A DNA stretch of 9,942 nt, from the IMG/VR virus record IMGVR_UViG_3300005977_000012, positions 1 through 9,942 of that record; one strand, 5' to 3'. Position numbers and translations under genes: made by a program. Below are positions 6,245 through 9,942 of the stretch, in pieces (the stretch's first letter is position 1; each line of letters starts with the position of its first letter). The notes under the pieces are model-generated. The model was not told the origin of the DNA. It saw only the letters and a program-made list of their open reading frames with translations, and did no database searches.

Positions 6245-6261
6245 CACCTCACATGAGCTTC

Positions 6262-6735
6262 CTACGAAAAATTCTCATTTAACATCGACGATGAAGAAGT
6301 AGATAACGACCACCCTTCATCGTAGCGTTTCACGTACTCAACCAGATGTTTGAACTGCATGAATTCGTAGACCTTGCACGTACCGTCCTTGAGTTTCACC
6401 ATAACCCTGCTGTCTGCGTTCTCAAGCACCAGTGCTTTACATAATACCTCGTTGTCATATCTGCCCAGGTCTCTCATTATAGGCTCTACGACTTCGAACT
6501 TAAGCCCACGGTTCTTGATCTCTTCAAGGAGCCTCATTTTGACGGACTCAGGTACCACAGGAATTAGCAGAACTCTTTCGTATGTTTTACCGTTGAAATT
6601 CCTCATCTCGTCTAGAAAGTCCTCAACGTTGTATATTCCTTTATTATATATTATGATATTATAGCCCGCGTCCTTCAGTACTTTCTCTTGGGCTGGTAAC
6701 AATTTCTCCCTGGAAACCCATATTGCGACCTTCAT
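6262..6735 (-). CDS. Hypothetical 157-aa alpha/beta protein; possible Csx15/16/20-like (ring-nuclease-like) fold
   Basis: GAGGTG RBS and ATGA overlap with the upstream gene. N-terminal WVSRExLLPAQxxxL and central PVVP resemble the SRH/SH...Q motif families (recalled, unverified). Confidence 0.8.
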   Translation of the reverse strand: MKVAIWVSREKLLPAQEKVLKDAGYNIIIYNKGIYNVEDFLDEMRNFNGKTYERVLLIPVVPESVKMRLLEEIKNRGLKFEVVEPIMRDLGRYDNEVLCKALVLENADSRVMVKLKDGTCKVYEFMQFKHLVEYVKRYDEGWSLSTSSSSMLNENFS

Positions 6736-7031
6736 GATGACACCTCAACGACAACTATTTCGAATTTGTTGGGGTCTATCCTGCCGTTATGAAGTCTCTC
6801 GGCTTCCGCTATCCATTCCTCAACGCTTTCAAATCCACTATAATCTGTATACTCACTTAGTGAGAAGGGTGAGAGAGGGGCTATTGCGATAACCTTACCG
6901 TAGAACTTCTTATCCCCTACTTTCATTACGACCTTTTTACCTACTCTATAGTACCCTTTCCTTCTAATCGTTGCAACTAATTTAGCTCCATTCAAAATGT
7001 ATTTTTGTACAGTAAATGAATTGAAAATCAT
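6732..7031 (-). CDS. ASCH (PUA-like) domain protein, 99 aa
   Basis: ILNGAKLVATIRR (GxKxxTxR) and SGFESVEEW motifs. The likely start is ATG 7031 (GAGGTGA RBS, ATGA overlap with the upstream stop), not 7142. Confidence 0.85.
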   Translation of the reverse strand: MIFNSFTVQKYILNGAKLVATIRRKGYYRVGKKVVMKVGDKKFYGKVIAIAPLSPFSLSEYTDYSGFESVEEWIAEAERLHNGRIDPNKFEIVVVEVSS

Positions 7032-7351
7032 GTGTGGGTCACCTCGCTTATGAAAGGCTTTACTTCTATTTGATCTGTGAATATTCTCCATATGAAATCG
7101 TCTAGAGAAAGAAATCCGCATCCTCCCTCTACCTGTAGGCATTTGAAATGTACTTCAGAACAATACCAAGGCTCTTTGAATACTACGTCGAAATCGGCTA
7201 TGTACCCCAAATAATCCATATATAGTATAATTCTCAGCTTCTGCAATCCCTCTTTCAAGACGTTTAAATAGTCGATTAGGTCTCTCATTTCTTCCTCATT
7301 TAGTTCATCTTTGTCATGTAATTTTCTAACAATTTGCCATAAATATTTCAT
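7028..7351 (-). CDS. Hypothetical protein, 107 aa
   Basis: AGGTGA RBS overlapping the upstream stop; coupled to neighbours on both sides. Confidence 0.8.
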   Translation of the reverse strand: MKYLWQIVRKLHDKDELNEEEMRDLIDYLNVLKEGLQKLRIILYMDYLGYIADFDVVFKEPWYCSEVHFKCLQVEGGCGFLSLDDFIWRIFTDQIEVKPFISEVTHT

Positions 7352-7362
7352 GCAGAGGTCAC

Positions 7363-7593
7363 CTAACTCTGGAGGTCTATGATAATATCTTCTATCTCTT
7401 CTACTATTTCTTCAATATATTCCAACCTACTTTTGAGAAATTCCCGTTCGTTAAATTGTTCTTCATTAAGATTTTCATCAAGATATGCATCAATTTTCTT
7501 AATCATATCTTTGATACTATCTTCAGCATTCTCTAAATCCAATTGGGCGTCTTTCAAATAATCTATAATTTCCTTATACGGAGTATCGACCAT
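7363..7593 (-). CDS. Acidic coiled-coil/helical hairpin protein, 76 aa
   Basis: GAGGTGA RBS; about 24 D/E residues; heptad-like hydrophobic periodicity. Confidence 0.8.
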   Translation of the reverse strand: MVDTPYKEIIDYLKDAQLDLENAEDSIKDMIKKIDAYLDENLNEEQFNEREFLKSRLEYIEEIVEEIEDIIIDLQS

Positions 7594-7604
7594 GATGGGT
7601 CACC

Positions 7605-8177
7605 TCACCCCTCCTCTTCAATTTTCCTTATTTCTATTTTAGTGTCATCACCAAACTCCACTCTGATTTTCTTGTACACACCAGGGATCTCTAAATATAG
7701 GACGTCAGCGTGGTTAAACCCAGTCCTCATCCTGACGTTTTCAACATCGTCAGGGTCTATAGGTTCGTTGCATTCGCTTATCTTGTATATAGAAGAAAGT
7801 GTAGCCTTGTTGCCTTCGACATCATATTCTAAAAGTACAGATAGTATTTCTCCACTTCTTCCTCTTATTACTCCGAATTCGTAAAATCTTGTATTTGAAG
7901 AATATATTATAATTGGAAGAGGAGCTATATCACATAAGGAAGACATTACAGATTTTAACATTAGATAGACGAATATTTTACTTATGTTACTATCTCCGTT
8001 TCTGTTCAGATTCTCACTAAGACTTGCAAGATGGACATAGAGACTCTCAAAACGCCGATGGGGTTCGAATTCATTTAGTTTGTCTTTTTTTATATTAAGC
8101 CACTCCCAAAAAAATTGAATTTCGTTCTCTTTATTTTGACTTAACTCCCTCTTATCGTTCATTTCGCTTTCCCTCAT
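7605..8177 (-). CDS. Hypothetical protein, 185-190 aa; first gene of a long leftward operon
   Basis: TATA-like TTTTTAAA at 8198-8205 (minus strand). Start is ATG 8177, or ATG 8162 with a GAGGG RBS. Confidence 0.8.
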   Translation of the reverse strand: MRESEMNDKRELSQNKENEIQFFWEWLNIKKDKLNEFEPHRRFESLYVHLASLSENLNRNGDSNISKIFVYLMLKSVMSSLCDIAPLPIIIYSSNTRFYEFGVIRGRSGEILSVLLEYDVEGNKATLSSIYKISECNEPIDPDDVENVRMRTGFNHADVLYLEIPGVYKKIRVEFGDDTKIEIRKIEEEG

Positions 8178-8279
8178 ATTATCCTCTCAAACAGAAGTTT
8201 AAAAAGCCCAACGAGTTTCGCTTTGGGCCGAAAGAGAAATGTTTTTAGTTCACCATTCCCATGTTTTATATGAGGGAAA
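8168..8279. promoter_or_regulatory. Divergent promoter region flanked by a 12-bp inverted repeat
   Basis: TTTCCCTCATAT (8168-8179) and ATATGAGGGAAA (8268-8279). TATA-like boxes on both strands, plus a degenerate palindrome GCCCAACGAGTT at 8206-8217. Confidence 0.6.
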
Positions 8280-8960
8280 ATGAAGGAAGTAAATTTAGAC
8301 GGATTGTTAAAAGCAGAATTAGTAAACATCGAAGAAAATAACGATAAGTTAAAAATAACGTTTAAGGTTACTGCCAGCGAGCCATTAGCGTTCAAACTTA
8401 ATAACAATGTTATTGCGATTACAGAACATTATGACATTTATGAAGTAGCTTTACAGGTATTTCCAGCAATAAAGCTCACATATTCAGTGAAAAATATTGC
8501 CACAGATAATAAAGAAATATCAACGTTTGAATATCTTATAGACATAGATACTCTGGGCTTCAGTGACTATGACGAATTTAAACAGTTTTTAATTAAATAT
8601 CCGAAATATATACGTTATCTGGAATTTGTGTACCGTCTCGTTAGCATGCGACCATGGTCATTCTTACTTAATATTTCTAGTATTTCATACAAAAATAATA
8701 TAAAATTTGGTAAAAATGAAATAGAAATAACTGTGGAAAAGGTACGCATCAGTAACTTCCTCGGGAAACACAATTTTAATGAAAATATAACGTTCAGAAT
8801 ACTGAACAGAAATAACTATGCAGTACTGTCTGTGGCAAATATCTCTCTTGTAGATTTCGGCATTAGTATTATGTATAATGACTTCATTAAAATACTAGAA
8901 GAAGAACCAAAACCAATATTGAACACATTAATAATGCTAATAATAACTCTACTAGACTGA
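8280..8960 (+). CDS. Hypothetical protein, 226 aa
   Basis: Long AT-rich ORF with a GAGGG RBS, followed by a T-rich tract at ~8988-9016. Confidence 0.8.
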   Translation: MKEVNLDGLLKAELVNIEENNDKLKITFKVTASEPLAFKLNNNVIAITEHYDIYEVALQVFPAIKLTYSVKNIATDNKEISTFEYLIDIDTLGFSDYDEFKQFLIKYPKYIRYLEFVYRLVSMRPWSFLLNISSISYKNNIKFGKNEIEITVEKVRISNFLGKHNFNENITFRILNRNNYAVLSVANISLVDFGISIMYNDFIKILEEEPKPILNTLIMLIITLLD

Positions 8961-9116
8961 CACGTTTAATTATGACCTAAAGCAAAAGTTTTTCCTTCCT
9001 CACCTATTTCTTTTCCCTGGAGCTGACCTCTGGGGGGGTCGAAAGAGAGAATAACTCCAACAGCTGTTTTAAGACTTTGCCATTCGTTCCGTTACCCTCC
9101 ATCACCCTACTTACCG

Positions 9117-9145
9117 TCTAACTGGTTAGACAGAAGGCTTAAATA
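9117..9145 (+). promoter_or_regulatory. Promoter module copy 5 (no ORF directly downstream)
   Basis: TCTAAC TG GTTAGA CAGAAGG CTTAAATA; palindrome GTCTAAC-TG-GTTAGAC at 9116-9131; AACAGCTGTT upstream at 9059-9068. Confidence 0.8.
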
Positions 9146-9194
9146 TTGGCGAGGCATAAATGCATATATCTTTTCTATTCTCATTTACTTTCAC

Positions 9195-9224
9195 CCTAAC
9201 TGATTAGGTAGAAAAGTATAAATA
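9195..9224 (+). promoter_or_regulatory. Promoter module copy 6
   Basis: CCTAAC TG ATTAGG TAGAAAAG TATAAATA, upstream of ORF 9259. Confidence 0.75.
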
Positions 9225-9258
9225 CCTGTTTAACAAATATGTTCAGAGGGTAGTATAA

Positions 9259-9726
9259 ATGACTACATTAAAATCCATAAAATCAGTAGTCATTGATATA
9301 ACACGCCTAGTTTTATTATTTCTAGTAATGTTTTTACCATTAATCTTTATAATCGTACTGAGTCAGTTAGCTGTATTGGCTGTAAAAATAGACTCACTAC
9401 TAGGAATTTTCTTGTTTTTACCTGCTGTTATACTTATGCATTATTTTCTTGGTAAGTACGGATCTATCTACAAATTAGTTTTCACAGGAGACGATATACA
9501 GTTTTCAGAAGAACACAAAGATATCAATATGGCACTGCTAGCAGGCTCAGCAATGTACTTAGTAACGATTATCGATATTTCGAGGCTTCTCATAAATACA
9601 CCTTGGTCTTTAACAAAAATTGGTCTAGGGATCATTATTGTACTTCTGCTCGTTTATGTTCTACATAATAGAAGCTACTATAATGCTTTAAAACTTATAG
9701 AAAAAATCTGGGGATTACTCTCCTAA
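9259..9726 (+). CDS. Membrane protein, ~4 TM helices; probably the N-terminal part of a disrupted longer gene
   Basis: Four long hydrophobic stretches and a GAGGGT RBS. The +1 frame continues from 9707 to the window end with only one stop (9812-9814). Confidence 0.75.
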   Translation: MTTLKSIKSVVIDITRLVLLFLVMFLPLIFIIVLSQLAVLAVKIDSLLGIFLFLPAVILMHYFLGKYGSIYKLVFTGDDIQFSEEHKDINMALLAGSAMYLVTIIDISRLLINTPWSLTKIGLGIIIVLLLVYVLHNRSYYNALKLIEKIWGLLS

Positions 9727-9942
9727 AGGAGAATATGATAAACTATATAATTTTCTAAAGAGCTTAGGTTTTCTTCCTTCTGACATTTGGGAAAATCGAG
9801 TACTTAATTCCTAAGGTGTTAATGAGTTCAAGGACAGGAACGATGACCAGCTACGTATATATTATACTAAAGTTTCGGCAGGAGACGAAACTACGTATTT
9901 TATTGATAAGATAGAGGTTGAGCTTGAGGAAAATATACAGAA
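9707..9942 (+). pseudogene. Probable out-of-frame C-terminal continuation of the membrane protein
   Basis: After A6 (9701-9706) the shifted frame reads SGDYSPKGEYDKLYNFLKSLGFLPSDIWENRVLNS*GVNEFKDRNDDQLRIYYTKVSAGDETTYFIDKIEVELEENIQ. This is protein-like and has no start of its own. Confidence 0.5.

Larger units (their letters stand above)
1..9942. mobile_element. Segment of a Sulfolobales-type virus/provirus (bicaudavirus-like, tentative)
   Basis: Archaeal RBS and promoter signals, no housekeeping genes, many small ORFans, a short tyrosine integrase and repeated promoters. No capsid or att boundary is visible in the window. Confidence 0.65.

Noticed and set aside
7032-7142. N-terminal extension of the ASCH ORF
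   Set aside because: It overlaps the upstream gene; the RBS and ATGA coupling point to ATG 7031.
85-8407. Shadow ORFs in the track (85-564, 89-298, 383-598, 1425-1628, 1735-1959, 3803-4015, 4751-4948, 5347-5559, 5538-5744, 5941-6282, 6374-6664, 7379-7561, 7543-7884, 8174-8407)
   Set aside because: They are antisense or out-of-frame overlaps of better-supported genes, lack evident RBS/promoter signals, and mostly have S/F/L-rich composition typical of reverse-strand reads.
9010-9045. G7 run / small hairpin as an ORB-type replication origin element
   Set aside because: Single copy, poor match to the ORB consensus, and no initiator gene nearby.
9822-9914. 30-aa ORF MSSRTGT... after GGTG
   Set aside because: RBS spacing is short (3 nt) and the ORF is tiny; the overlapping frame continuing the membrane protein looks more protein-like. 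Not fully excluded.

Overview
AT-rich (roughly 35-38% GC by eye), densely coding segment with Sulfolobales-type signals: GGTGA/GAGGTG ribosome-binding sites, BRE-TATA promoters, leaderless starts and oligo-T terminators. It most resembles a crenarchaeal virus or provirus; a bicaudavirus-like large spindle virus is my best guess, by inference only. Recognisable products are a 5'-truncated HAD phosphatase, a short tyrosine recombinase, a class I SAM methyltransferase, an ASCH-domain protein, an AbrB-like protein, a probable wHTH protein and several small acidic proteins. The most striking structure is non-coding. Region 1881-3344 is a tandem minus-strand array of gene 'cassettes'. Each starts with a conserved 29-bp palindrome-BRE-TATA module (yCTAAC-NN-GTTRGR-CAGAARR-TATA), and the three single-gene cassettes each end in a conserved ~42-bp terminator/AAACAGCTGTTT module. 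The promoter module recurs twice at 9117-9224, and an exact 12-bp half-site overlaps the recombinase stop codon. One cassette gene is missing from the ORF track (ACG start), and the last gene appears disrupted. All family assignments come from motif reading and memory, not database searches.
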